Notes under the pieces: model-generated
Databases searched by the model: none
The model's input: only the letters and a program-made list of their open reading frames with translations
Told to the model about the DNA's origin: nothing
Made by a program: the position numbers and the translations under genes
DNA from: Squalus acanthias
Taxonomy: Eukaryota
Reading direction: 5' to 3'
Assembly (NCBI GenBank): GCA_030390025.1
Contig: CM059431.1
Span: 130,760,001-130,824,000 of the forward strand
DNA length: 64,000 nt
Shown here: piece after piece, positions 1 through 12,650 of the stretch
Layout: each line of letters begins with the position of its first letter
Position numbering within the stretch: the stretch's first letter is position 1

Positions 1-975
1 ATTATTCTGTTGTTCAGGACAAACAGCCCTCGCCTTAAGCATATACAAATATTTCATGAAGCCAGATGCCCTTTACTAGCTAGGATAGTCTGGAGTTTCA
101 AACTAAGCATATGATTTATGAGAGTTTCACTTGGATACCTCAGCCTTGTCGTAATGTTCACGGTACTTTCAACACATTTAGTCATAGATGATGAAAAGAA
201 AATGCCAAAATTCAGTCATTATTTCTTATGTCAACTAATATCTTCCAGAAACCACTTAAAACTATTTCCCAAACTGTGAGCATTTTACTGAGTTAAAAAA
301 TGTGAAAAAAATTGATTAATAACATTCAGTTGGAGAATGAAACCCAAGATAAATAGATGCAGACTAGTTCAAGCACCACAGTGTTTATAGGCAGGGTGGG
401 TTCTGTTAAGTGAAGGGGGGGAAAAAAAGTTAAGTAAATTTATTTTTAGTTTCCGGATTACAGCCAGGATTTCTGAAAGAAAAGCCAAATTTCCTTTTAG
501 TAGAAAGCAAGCTGTAAATATTGCACATAATATTTATATACTGAGAAAATTCTTGTCTTAAACCACTTATTTTATTGCAATAGGGTAATCTATTTTCATT
601 TCTGAAACTAGCTTGCTTGCACAGCTAACCCTCCATGTGGTCAAGTTCTCACCCTCTTTGACAGTTTACTGTGTATTGAATTATTACTGTGGGAAAATGG
701 CCAGTTGTGAGTATGACCTTTTTGGTTACTTGAGGGAACCAAGAAGATGTTCTCAGTTAAAATACATGTTGCAATTCAATCTGATTCTGCCCAAGCCTAT
801 CCACTACAGAATCAGATTTGAGAGGTTAAAGTTATTATTTGCGCGCTAAAATTGAAGGAAAATCTGTAAACTTCGCTCAGCATCAAGTTCTCAGCCCCAT
901 AAATTGTTCAATCTATTTTAACGAAAGCCAAGCTTGTCCAAGCCAGGCAAAAGCAGCAAAGTTTGGATTAGGTGT

Positions 976-1063
976 CAAATGTTTTGTCTTAAAATACTCC
1001 TGTGCTGCACCTTGGGATGTTTTACTACGTTAAAGGCGCTATATAAATACAAGTTGTTGTTGT
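976..1063 (+). mobile_element. L2 LINE 3' terminal fragment with (TTG)n tail
   Basis: Ends AAAGGCGCTATATAAATACAAG(TTG)n; nearly identical to the 3' ends at 7089-7312 (minus) and 38680-38777. Confidence 0.8.
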
Positions 1064-1965
1064 TGTAATATATGTCGGTAGAACAAATGAAGGACAGAGA
1101 CACAATGGCCCAGAAATTGGAGTTCGATGGTTGCCGCGGGGGTAAGGATCCCCCGCGATATCGCACTCCGCGCCTGCCTTTATGGTTCTGGCCCACACGA
1201 ACTTCAGTTCCTGGGCCTCTCCCTGGTGCCGGCGCGCAGTGTGTGCGTGTCCCAGAGGTGCAGTTAGTTCGATGCTACCTCTGGGATCACGTGGGCCAGT
1301 TAGAGCCAATGGCAGCACACCATCTTTCATTCATAGTTTTGACAGCAAGAGCTGTCAAAACTATGAATACAACAAGCCCCCAAAAGAACAGCTAAACCTC
1401 AATTAAATTTTTAAAAAAACCATCACATTAATAAAATAACTATAGTTAAATAAATTAACCACTTTAAACAAAAATTTAAATTTTTGAAAAAATTTAAATT
1501 CTTTTTAAAAGTTATAAAAATAAACTTACCTTTCTTCAAAGTCTCTAAAAAGATAAACCTGTTGAAAAAAATTTAAAATAATACTTAATTAACTACTTAC
1601 CTTGTTAAAAGGGGGTCTTATGCCTGCTTTCTTTATGTGTAAAATCTTCAACACTTACCTGCGCGTTCAAACCTGAAAAAAAAACTAAGTGTGCTGTGTG
1701 CGCGCAACCTGTAGCGCGCACGCTGTTCACTTAGGAACCGCCCCCTTTGCCATACACGAAGTGCCGGTTTCCCGTGCATGCACAGTGCATGCAGGAAACT
1801 GGCACATCGGGACCTAATACGCGAGAGTACACAGTGCGTACTCTCCCGCATTAGGTCTAATTTTCGGGCCATTGAGTTGCTAACTCGTGCTTGCTTTATT
1901 AGGCCAGAGCGAACTGAGCATGCTCACACTAAACCATGTGACAAACGATGTGATAATACATTACA
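1064..1965 (-). repeat. Gypsy 3' LTR (1064-1106 + ~1871-1965), split by a MITE
   Basis: Aligns by eye to 7937-8046 + 9553-9578; minus-strand AATAAA at ~1895-1900; adjacent to the PPT. Confidence 0.9.
1107..1870. mobile_element. Non-autonomous DNA transposon (MITE, probably PIF/Harbinger-type)
   Basis: TIRs GGCCCAGAAATT / AATTTTCGGGCC; interrupts the LTR; GC-rich arms and AT-rich centre; inverted homolog at 58031-58794. Confidence 0.85.
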
Positions 1966-1979
1966 CTGCTTTCCCCCTT
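1966..1979 (-). promoter_or_regulatory. Polypurine tract of the Gypsy element
   Basis: Minus strand reads AAGGGGGAAAGCAG immediately before the TGTAATG start of the 3' LTR. Confidence 0.85.
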
Positions 1980-2917
1980 AAAAAAAAATGTACATATTCC
2001 CCTCAAATGTAACAAAACTATGGTCCCACCTTTCCCAGCATTACATGTACCACATAACAAAAACTCCTGGCTTTGTTTCTTTTAAATGAACTACAAATCC
2101 AGTTTAATAACAGGCTTGCAGAGCCTTCCTGATGTCCTTACAGAAGGTTTTGGTGCTGAACCAATTTTCGGGCTTTTTGTTTTGGTTCCAAACTCAAAGA
2201 TGATCCTGTTTCTATCTCAGACTTGTTTGAACCTAGTACTTCAGTTACTGAAGTCTGAATTGAGACAAACTCCTGTATGTGTTCATGATCAAGTGGTTGA
2301 CGATCATGTCTTGGTTCATCTCTAGCAGGGATCATTTGATCTACATGAACACTTTGGATTTTGTCACCAAGTTCAACCAAATATCTCTTGGTTCCACCAA
2401 CCTCTACTATGGTGTATACATCCCACTTGTGTGAATTCAACTTTCCAGGGGGACTGAGAACACGAACACACTTGTTTTGTTTGAAACAGCGTTCCTTCTG
2501 ATTGGTGTCATAATAACATTTCTGACTCAACTGTTTCTGTTCAACACTTGAGGCCAAATTCGGTTGAACAAGACTCAATCGTGTTCTCCAGCTCCTCTTC
2601 ATCAAGAGTTCTGCTGGGGTATATCCATTTGTAGTGTGCGGAGTAGTTATTTACTTCAGCAAGAAATTTGCCAAATGTTGCTTCATGCTTCACTATTCTG
2701 ACTGACCTTTCAGCTGCTCCGTTTGAAGCTGGATGATATGGTGGAACGAGAGTGTGTTTGATACCGTTCCATTTCATGAACTCTTGGAATAGAGCAGAAC
2801 GAAACTGAGGGCCATCGTCAGAAACAAGCTCTTCAGGTAAGCCATGACATGCAAAGATAGACCTCAACTCATCTATGGTACATTCAGTTGTAGGATTTGA
2901 ACCCATGTGTTTCACTT

Positions 2918-4277
2918 ACATAAGAAATAGGAGCAGGAATAGGCCACTTGGCCCCTCGAGCCTGCTCTGCCATTCAATAAGATCATGGCTGATCTTGGGC
3001 TCAAAGCCTCTTCTCTGCCCACTCCCCATAACCCTTCACTCCCTTATCTTTCAAAAATCTGTCTATCTCCACCTTAAATGTATTTAATGACCCAGCCTCC
3101 ACGGCTCCCTGGGGCAGAGAATTCCACAGATTTACGACCCTCTGAGAGAAGAAATTCCTCCTCATCTCAGTTCTAAAAGAGCGACCCTTTATTCTGAAAC
3201 TATGCCCCCGAGTTCTAGATTTCCCCACGAGGGGAAACATCCTCTCTGCATCTACCTTGTCGAGCCCCCTCGGTATCTTATATGTTTCAATAAGATCACC
3301 TCTCATTCTTCTAAATTCCAATGAGTATAGGCCCAACCTGCTCAACCTTTCTTCATAAGTCAACCCCCTCATCTCGGGAATCAACCGAGTGAATCGTCTC
3401 TGAACTGCCTCCAATGCAAGTATATCCTTCCTTAAATAAGGAGACCAAAACTGTACGCAGTACTCAAGGTGTGGTCTCACCAATACCCTGTACAGTTGTA
3501 GCAGGAATTCCCTGCTTTTATACTCCAACACCCTTGCAATAAAGGCCAACATTCCATTTGCCTTTTTGATTACTTGCTGTACCTGCATGCTAACTATTTG
3601 TGTTTCATGCACAAGGACCCCCTGGTCCTCTGAACTGTAGCATTTTGTAATCTCTCTCCATTTAAATAATAATTTGCTTTTTTATTTTTCCTGCCAAAGT
3701 GGATAACCTCGCACTTTCCCACATTATACTCCATCTGCAAAATGTTTGCCCACTCACTTAGCCTGTCTATATCCCTTTGCAGATTCTTTGAGTCCTCTGC
3801 ACAACTCAACATCTTTGTATCATCCGCAAACTTAGCTACATTACACTCGGTCCCTTCATCCAAGTCATTAATATAGATTGTAAATAGTTGAGGCCCCAGC
3901 ACCGATCCCTGTGGCACCCCTCTAGTTACCATTTGTCAACCGGAAAATGACCCATTTATCCCGACTCTCTGCTTTCTGTTAGTTAGGCAATTCTCTATCC
4001 ATGCTAATATATTACCCCAACTCCGTGAGCTCTTATCTTATGCAGTAACCTTTTATGTGGCACCTTATCGAATGCCTTCTGAAAATCCAAATACACCACA
4101 TCCACTGGCTCACCCTTATCCACCCTGCTCGTTACATCCTCAAAGAACTCCAGCAAATTTGTTAAACATGATTTCCCTTTCATAAAACCATGCTGACTCT
4201 GCTTGACTGCATTATGATTTTCCAAATGCCCTGCTGCTGCTTCCTTAATGAAGGACTCCAGCATTTTCCCAATGACA
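2918..4277 (-). mobile_element. 5'-truncated CR1 LINE inserted in the Gypsy integrase
   Basis: RT motifs [47 protein letters not shown] duplicated at 2913-2917 and 4278-4282; removing the insert restores integrase WIEVKHM. Confidence 0.95.
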
Positions 4278-7088
4278 CACTTCAATCCACTTTGAGTGAC
4301 TATCTACAAGTACCAGGAAATAATCATTTGCTTTCTCACAGAAGTCTACATGTACTCTCTGAAAAGGTTTACTTGGCCATGACCAGGGTTGTAGTGGAGT
4401 TTTACGTGGTTTGTTTCTGTAATTTTGGCAAACGCTGCATTTGCTGACAAGTGATTCAAGATCACTGTCCAATCCAGGCCAGTAAACAAAGCTTCTTGCA
4501 ATTTATTTCATACTGACGATCCCTGGATGTTCAGTATGAAGTTCGGCCAGAATTCTATCTCTCGAAGAAGTAGGTACCACCACTCTGTTTCCCCACTTGA
4601 TACAACCTTGCTCACAAGACAATTCAGTCCAACGGTTATGGAATGGTTTCAATTCTGTGTCCATACACTGATCAGTCCATCCATTCAAGGTGTTTTCATA
4701 AACTTTCTTCGGTACTTACTCCTTTTGAGTCTCATCTGCAATCTCAGTTGCATTCACGGGAAAGTCTTTGTCAACTGCACCTAGCGTGAAAATAGAACCT
4801 TCACTTCCAACACGAGTCCTTATGTGGCAATCTGGACAAGGCAGCTGTGATTGTGTTCTGCTTTGAAGTGCGATATTCAATCGTGCAGTCATATTGTAAC
4901 AACAACACTGCCCAACGTCGCATTCTTGTTGCAGCCATTGCAGGGATGGCAGATTTGGGCCCCAATATTGCTAGGAGCGGTTTGTGATCGGTTATCAGGG
5001 TAAACTTTTTGCTGAATCAGGAACTGTTGGAATTTCTTGATTCCAAACACTATGGCGAGTGCTTCCTTTTCAGTCTGCACGTAGTTACTTTCGCTCTTTG
5101 TGAGGGGTCACGATGCGAACGCGATTGGTTTCTCTTGGCCGTCATCCATTACGTGGCTTATGACAGCTCCCACACCGTAGCTAGAAGCATCACATGCTAA
5201 CTTAAGCTCACATTCTATGTCATAGTGCACAAGTAGAGCATCGCTAGAGAGACTTCCCTTACAAGCATCGTAAGCTTCCTATTGCGCTTTTGTCCACTTC
5301 CACTGGACATCCTTCTTGAGGAGATTGTGCAATGGAGCTAACATGGTCGCTAACTCAGGTAAGAAACGTGTGTAGTACTGGACCATTCCAAGGAAAGATC
5401 TTAACTCAGACACATTCTGTGGCTTTGGAGCATTAATTACAGCATCAACCTTTTCCTTAACTAGTTGCAAGCAATTTGCATCAACTTTCAGACCAAGATA
5501 CACAACCTCGGGCTGCACAAAAGCACATTTGCTCCTTTTCAATTTGACGTTGTGGGCAATCAACCTTTGAAGTACTATATCCAACACTTCTAGATTTTCT
5601 TCCTTGCTGCTTGTTGCGATCAGCACATCGTCTTGATTGTATAGCAATTTGGAACTCCTTGCAAAATCTTATCCATCGTAGCCTGGATGATTTTGGGGGA
5701 GGACTTTACACCATACGGTAGCTTGGTGTATGAGTACAGTCCCTTGTGTGTGTTGATAGTGAGATACTTTTGACTCTTTGTCAACATTCAGCTGAGCGTA
5801 AGCGTGCGACAGGTCAAGCTTGGAGAAAACCTTTGACCCAGAGAGTGCTGCGTACAAATCTTGTGATATAGGTAAGGGGTAATACTCATCGTCAACTGCT
5901 TGGTTGATAGTAACTTTGTAGTCACCGCACAAGCGTACAGTTTTGTCTGCTTTGGGCACTACCACAATTGGGGTAGCCCATTCACTTTTGTCAGTTTTAC
6001 TAGCACTCTGTTCTCTCTCAGCTTCGCTAGCTCTTCCTCCACCTGACTTTTCAACGCATAGGGGACCGACTTTGCCTTACAATAGACAGGCTTCGCATTG
6101 GACCTAATGCGGATATGCACATCATACCCAGTGATGCCCTCATAACTGTCTGTGAACATGCATTTGTACCTGTTCAGCATTGTGTCGAGTCACTTTTTTG
6201 AAGCATCTACACTGAAGATGTTTTCCCAGTCTAGTTTTAACTTTCTCAACCAGTCTTTGCCCATGAGGGTTGGCCTGTTGTTGGAGCTCACTACAATAAT
6301 AGGCAGCTTTACTAACTGGCCATTGTGCTGAACTGTACATTCCATTTGTCTACAGGTCTCTAGGATTTCTCTGGAGTAGGTTTTTAACTCTAGCTCTTTG
6401 TAAGTGGTATTTGATTAAACTTACTCTCATATGTGTCCTTACTCATGAAAGAGCAGTCCGCCACCGTGTCGATACACATATCAATATATTGCTTGTTGAT
6501 CAAAAGTTTTCTACAGAAGTCTTTCTCATGACTGCTAGCATTGCCGCTAGTGGCATAGATACTGTAGGTGCCTAGTTCTTCAAGATCAGGTGTGTTCACT
6601 TCAATATTGTAAAATCTTCCCTTTTGTTGTCACTGCTTTGCATTGCCTCTAGGATGGTTCTTACTTCCTGCTTTAGATCTAGCTCTGCAAGCTGTTGAAA
6701 TATGGCCTTGCTTCTGGCAGTGAAAATACTTCGCATTTCTGTATTGGCAGGACTGTGGTGAGTGATTTCTATTACAGTGATAACAATTCACTGAACTGCT
6801 CTCACCGACATGTTTTTGACCCGGTCGCACAGCTTTAGGTTTGGTGGTGGCTTTGTGACTGGAGACCTCAGCTGCACTAGTCACTTGAGTTGGCGGCGCT
6901 CCCCAGCATTCTTAGATGCCATCTCCATAGATAGGGCAATTTTGCATGCTATGTCAAACATTAGGTTCGGAGTATTCAGTAACATGGACTGTGTGTGCTC
7001 ATTCACCATTCCACACACAAACTTATCTCACAACACACGATCCAAAAATGTGCAGAAGTTACAATGCAAAGACAGGTTCTTAAGAGCT

Positions 7089-7312
7089 ACAACAACAACA
7101 ACTTGTATTTATATAGCGCCGTTAACGTAGTAAAACGTCCCAAGGCGCTGCACAGGAGTATTTTAAGACAACAAATTTGACACCAATCCACATAAGGATA
7201 AATTAGGGCAGGTGACCAAAAGCTTGGTCAAAGAGGTAGGTTTTAAGGAGCGTCTTAAAGGAGGAAAGAGAGGTAGCGAGGCGGAGAGGTTTAGGCAGGG
7301 AATTCCAGAGCT
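7089..7312 (-). mobile_element. L2 LINE 3' fragment inserted in Gypsy gag
   Basis: (AAC)n tail at 7089; homologous to ~38545-38777; AGAGCT at both junctions. Confidence 0.85.
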
Positions 7313-7916
7313 CACTGTACTCACTGATGGTTTCGCTTTGTTTTTGGTTTCTGATACCAAACTTATATGCTATTTCTAACGGCTTTGGGTCGAAATGGTC
7401 CTAGAGTTTCTCGACAATGTCTTCAAACAACACATCCTTCACTTTTCATGACGCGAGTAGGTTTGTCAACATTCCGTAGACATCTGGCCCGATCTCTGTT
7501 AGAAAAACTGCTTTCTTCCGTTCACGAATTATTTTATTTTGAGCTTGAATATTCTCATCTGCATCTTCGGTCTCAATAATGTTACTGGCCTTAAAAAACA
7601 TCTCCATCCACTCAATGTAAGAACTGAATGGTTCGTGAGCTCAGTCATACAAGCCGAGGCTTCCGATGAATCCTGTAGGTGTGGCCATGATTGTCCCGAT
7701 CCCGTTGAACTGTGACTCAGCCGCTATCTGTGCGAATCAATGTCGCTGTTGCTGTGTATACATACATGCAAAGACGAAGCACAGACGATTCTGCATGAGC
7801 ATTAACGGTAAAACATCGCAAAAATTCAGTTTAGGTGTCACAAATTCACCTTAAACTTGTCCACTCGAAGGTTGAACACTGTGTCCTTCCAGGATCCCTA
7901 AAAATGGCTTTTGGAT

Positions 7917-7933
7917 TCCCATCCTCATCGCCA
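7917..7933 (-). promoter_or_regulatory. Primer-binding site complementary to the tRNA-Ser(GCT) 3' end
   Basis: Plus strand TCCCATCCTCATCGCCA vs recalled vertebrate tRNA-Ser-GCT 3' end TCCCATCCTCGTCG-CCA (1 mismatch); 3 nt from the LTR edge. Confidence 0.8.
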
Positions 7934-7936
7934 AAA

Positions 7937-9578
7937 TGTAATATATGTGGGTAGAACAAATGAAGGAGACAGACACAATGAGTTGCTAGTCCAAGTGCTT
8001 GCTTTATTAGGCCAGACGAACTGAGCATGCTCATACTAAACCATGTAGCAGAGGCCCTGGCCATCATTTTCCAATCCTCTCTGGCTTCAGGTGTGGTGCC
8101 GGAGGACTGCTAATGTGGTACCCTTGTTTAAAAAGGGAGAAAAGGATAGACCGATTAATTACAGGCCAGTCAGCCTAACCTCGGTGGTGGGAAAATTATT
8201 GGAAAGAATTCTGAAGGACAGGATAAATCTTCATTTAGAAAGACACGGATCAATCAAGGATAGTCAGCACGGATTTGTTAAGGGAAGGTCATGTCTGACA
8301 AACTTGATTAAATTTTTTGAGGAGGTAACAAGGAGGGTAGATGAGGGTAGTGCGTTTGATGTAGTGTATATGGACTTTCGCAAGGCTTTTGATAAGGTTC
8401 CACATGGCAGACTGGTCACAACGTTAAAAGCCCATGGGATCCAGGGCAAAGTGTCAAGTTGGATTCAAAACTGGATCGGAGGCAGGAAGCAGAGGGTAAT
8501 GGTTGATGGGTGTTTTTGTGACTGGAAGGCTGTTTCCAGTGGGGTTCTGCAGGGCTCAGTACTAGGTCCCTTGCTTTTTGTGGTATATATCAATGATCTA
8601 GACTTGAATATAGGGGGTATGATTAAGAAGTTTACAGATGATACTACGATCGGCTGTGTGGTTGATACTGAAGAAGGAAGCTGTAGACTGCAGGAAGATA
8701 TCAATAAATTGGTCAGGTGGGCAGAACAGTGGCAAATGGAATTCAATCCGGAGAAGTGTGAGGTAATGCATTTGGGGAGGGCTAACAAGGAAAGGGAATA
8801 CACATTAAATGGTAGGACACTGAGTAGCGTAGAGGAACAAAGGGACCTTGGAGTGCATGTCCACAGATCCCTGAAGGTAGCAGGCCAGGTAGATAAGGTG
8901 GTTAAGAAGGCATACGGAATGCTTGCCTTTATTAGCCGTGACATAGAATACAAGAGCAGGGGGGTTATGCTTCAACTGTATAAAACACTAGTTAGGCCTC
9001 AGCTAGAGTACTGCATGCAGTTCTGGTCACCACATTACAGGAAATATGAGATTGCACGAGAGAGGGTACAGAGGAGATTTACAAGGATGTTGCTGAGAGT
9101 AGAGAATCTTAGCTATGAGGAAAGACTGGATAGGCTGGTTTTGTTTTCCTTGGAACAGAGGAGGCTGAGAGGAGACCTTATTGAGGTGTATAAAATTATG
9201 AGGGGCCTAGATAAAGTGGATGGAAAGGACCCATTTCCCTTAGCAGAGGGGTCAAAAATCAGGGGGCACAGATTTCAAGTAATTGGTGGAAGGTTTAGAG
9301 GGGATTTGAGGGGAAATTTCTTCACCCAGAGGGCTGTGGGGGTCTGGAACTCACTGCCTGAAAGGGTGGTAGAGGCAGAAACTCTAACCACATTTAAAAA
9401 GTACATGGGTGTGCACTTGGGATGCTGTAACCTGCAGGGCTACGGACCAAGAGCTGGGAAGTGGGATTAGGCTGGATAGCTCTTTGTTGGCTGGCACGGA
9501 CACGATGGGCCAAAATGGCCTCCTTCCGTGCTGTAACTTTCTATGATTCTATGACAAACCATGTGATAATACCTTACA
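7937..9578 (-). repeat. Gypsy 5' LTR (7937-8046 + 9553-9578), split by a CR1
   Basis: AAACCATGT|GACAAACCATGTGATAATACCTTACA rejoins to match the other LTR once the CR1 is removed. Confidence 0.9.
8047..9552 (+). mobile_element. 5'-truncated CR1 LINE; RT ORF 8091-9470 still open
   Basis: 459-aa ORF with NYRPVSL, QHGF, QGSVLGP, KFTDD; 3' UTR GGGCCAAAATGGCC and tail CTATGATTCTATG. Confidence 0.95.
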
Positions 9579-9930
9579 GTGTGGCCTTGTTCAAATCATT
9601 GCAATCTGGATTAATTTGAGTATCTATCTGGATTTTTCGACCGATAGCTGTAATAATATAAAACTTCTCCTGCTATATTTTATTTATTTAATTTTTAAAC
9701 CATTAAATCTGATGTTTATTTGTTGCATTTAGTTACTATTCTCCACAGATGAATTATCCTAATAACGTATTGGGGGAAAAATTCAATAGCTCCCGTTGCT
9801 TCCGATTCAGGCACCACAGCAACTTTGTGCTGCCTGCTAATTTGCATGATTGCTGCTCGCAGCCAGCGCTAAACACATTGTGGAGTGGCTGCATGCCTCA
9901 GCAGGGGACCCAAGTATATGCAAGGCCAGC

Positions 9931-10020
9931 ACCACTTAAAGCTAGCCTACACTACTTAAAGCTAGCCTGCACCACTTAAAGCTAGCCTACACTACTTAAA
10001 GCTAGCCTGCACCTCTTAAA
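9931..10020 (+). repeat. 20-bp tandem repeat, 4.5 units in alternating A/B form
   Basis: ACCACTTAAAGCTAGCCTAC / ACTACTTAAAGCTAGCCTGC twice, then a partial unit. Confidence 0.95.
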
Positions 10021-10076
10021 GGGGAGGTGCATTCTGGCTGGAGCAGGTGCTGGAACTGTTTGTGGAAGAGAGTCTG

Positions 10077-11380
10077 AGCAGGAAGAAGAGTAAATCATGG
10101 CATAACCGGAGAGAGTGTGCTCCAAGGTTCTCTGATCCTACACTGGAGGCCTTGGTGCAGGAGCGGGAGAGAGGACTTCTATCCACAGGGGGCCAGGAGG
10201 CCCTTCAGGCAAACTCTGCGAAGGCAGTGGAGCAGATAGCTGTGGCGGTCAGTGCCAGGAGTTAAGCCCTGAGGACATGGATGTAGCTGAAGATGATGTA
10301 AGCATGCTCCTCTTGCTTTCCATCTCCCCCCTCACCATAACCCTACCCATGTGCCTTTCTCCTATCAGATACCCAAGAACCGCACACAGGCCAGGCAGTG
10401 GTGGAAGAGCAAGAGGTGGAACAGCAGGAAGACAGTGATGAAGAAGAAACACCATCACTCGCAGCCACCAGCTCAGATACTGACACTGCTCTTACTTTAA
10501 AGCATAGCTTAGAGGCTGGATCCGTACGTGGTGAGACACCGGGCACGAATGGCCTGCAGCCAGGGCAGAATACAAGGGTAGCGCAGGTGCCAGCTCGCCG
10601 TAGGGTGAGATCACACATGGGTTCAGCTGCAGAGGACTCAGATGAGCACTTCAATGGGGTGGACAACAGAAGAAGGCTGATGGGTATGCACAATGAAATG
10701 CTTGGTGCATTAGCAGGCCTGCCAGAAAGCCTGAGTGCAATGTCAAGGAGCATGGAGGAGTCCAGCACCAACTTGGCACAGGGCTTTGATCAGATCTTGG
10801 AGCCCGCATGGAAGTGGTGTCCAACTCCATTAGCACACTTGTGGACCCAACCATGATGCAACGTCTGATGACCGATGTCTCAGCTTCCATTGCAGCACAA
10901 GCAGAAGCCATCCAACGTCTGGGTACTGCCGTGGAAGTTCAGACTGCTCTCATGCAAGATCAGCTTGCTGCCACCCAAGCTCAGACTGCTGCCATCATGG
11001 TTGCAGTTACCAGTGTGGAAAGGGGCTTGCAGGGTGTTACAGCAGTCCAGCAATCAGCCCTCCAACAGATTACTAGCATTGCTGAGGCGCTGCCCCGGGG
11101 GAGTGGCAGTGGCTCCATGGAGCACGAAACTGCTGTCTTCTCTCAGGATGAGCGCTTTCGTCCTCCCACCCCTGCCATTCCACCAGTGCCCTTGCTGTTG
11201 TCTGTCAGCCAGTCAGCCCATGCCGAGATGATGCAGTCTGAAGCCGGGGGCCTTCTCAGCCCAGAGCTGCTTGAGGACATCTTCCAAGGCCATCTGCAGT
11301 CTCCTCCCCTCCCCCGAAAGTCAGCAGCCTTCCACCAGCCATGCTGCAGCCACTGGGGTAGCACTGCGAAGGAGCACTAG
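10077..11380 (+). pseudogene. Harbinger Myb/SANT-like DNA-binding protein remnant
   Basis: RECAPRFSDPTLEALVQE...EQIAVAVSARS, then acidic and coiled-coil-like segments; candidate GT-AG intron 10298-10368; frameshifted. Confidence 0.75.
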
Positions 11381-11639
11381 GACCTGCAAAGGCACATGGA
11401 AGACAGGCACTAAGGAAATGCACAGGGTGATTAGTTGATGTTTATATGTGATATGGCATGGTTTGATTTAGAAATTTGGTTTGGAATGTCTATTTTGTGT
11501 TGGCATTTATTTTTGTATTGTGGCCAAACAGACGCTGTGATAGTCAGTAACAGAAGGGAGGTAAGGATTGTGGGAGTGTTGGTGAATGAAGAAATTGGGT
11601 TTGTATTTACTGGTTATAGAAGTCAGATGAGTCAGTCAC

Positions 11640-12650
11640 AGACAGCTGGCCAGAAAGGGGCTGTCTAGGTTGCCTCCTCCCTTCCTCTTCCTCCTCCTCC
11701 TCCTCCTGCTCCTCAGTTGGTTGCCGTATAACTGGGGGCAAGGGCTGTGCCCACATGATGGTGAGGTTGTGCAGCATGCATCAGACCACCACGAATCTTG
11801 ATACCTGCTCTGCCGAGTACTGCAGGGCTCCTGCAGAGTGGTCTATCACATTCGCATGGCAATATGGCATTCGTTGTATGCTTGCTGCCCACATGTGCGT
11901 GGGTTGCGCACCAGAATAATCAGCTATGTCATCAGCAGATAGCCCTTGTGGCCCAGTAGTCACCTTTGGTTTGCTGTGGTGGCTCAAATGCAGATGGCAC
12001 AGCGGACTGCCACAGAATGAAGGCATCATGACTGCTGCCAGGATAACGGGCATTTACCTGCATGATTCGTTCCCTATGGTCGCACGCCAGCTGGGCGTTG
12101 AGGGAGTTGAATCCCTTTTGGTTGCCATACATCTCAGAGTTTAAATGCAGCGCCCACAAAAAGACATGCATGCAATCAATGGAAGCCTGCAAACCTCGCA
12201 AAGCCGCGTGCTGGTTCCGCCTGCTGCTTTCTGGCCAGAGAGAATGAAATGTATTCAGCTCTCTTCAAATACAGGGCGTCAATCACCTCCCTTATACAAC
12301 AGTGGACAGCAAACTGGGAGATGTTGCAAATATCTCCTGCTCCAGCCTGGAAGGTGCCCGACGCCTAAGAGTTCATGGCCACCATAACCTTCACAGCCAC
12401 TGACAATGCGGTCGGTCCTCGCCCTGCTCTGAGGTTGCAGTTCTGGCTGCAGCAGGTGGCAGATTTCAGTGAGGACGTCCATGGTGAAGCACATATGTCT
12501 GACACACTGTGGATATGGCCTCCTGCTGAGAGCCCTTCTCCCGCTCCTCCTCCTTCCTCTTCCAGCAGCTTATCCTGCTCTGTGTCACTTCTACTCATTC
12601 TTCCTGTCATGCAGCAGGCCAAGGGGAATGCTTGCTGCTGCACCCATGTC
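11640..12650 (-). pseudogene. Harbinger DDE transposase (HARBI1-like) remnant
   Basis: ASIDCMHV, KGFNSLNAQLACD, VNARYPGSSHDAFIL; several frameshifts. Confidence 0.9.

Larger units (their letters stand above)
1064..9578 (-). mobile_element. Full-length but decayed Ty3/Gypsy LTR retrotransposon with nested insertions
   Basis: Two homologous TGTAAT...TTACA LTRs, PBS and PPT. Minus-strand fragments in Gypsy order: Gag zinc knuckles (6630-6884), protease CIDTVAD (6390-6599), RT (5279-6180), RNase H EKEALAIVFG (~4889-5200), integrase HHCC/DDE (2541-2915, 4278-4688). Many frameshifts. Confidence 0.95.

Noticed and set aside
8091..9470. Intact 459-aa RT as a host or domesticated gene
   Set aside because: 5'-truncated CR1 with its own tail, inserted in an LTR; no APE domain and no ATG at the ORF start.
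10077..12650. Host HARBI1/NAIF1 genes
   Set aside because: Frameshifted, convergent and enclosed by transposon-like ends.
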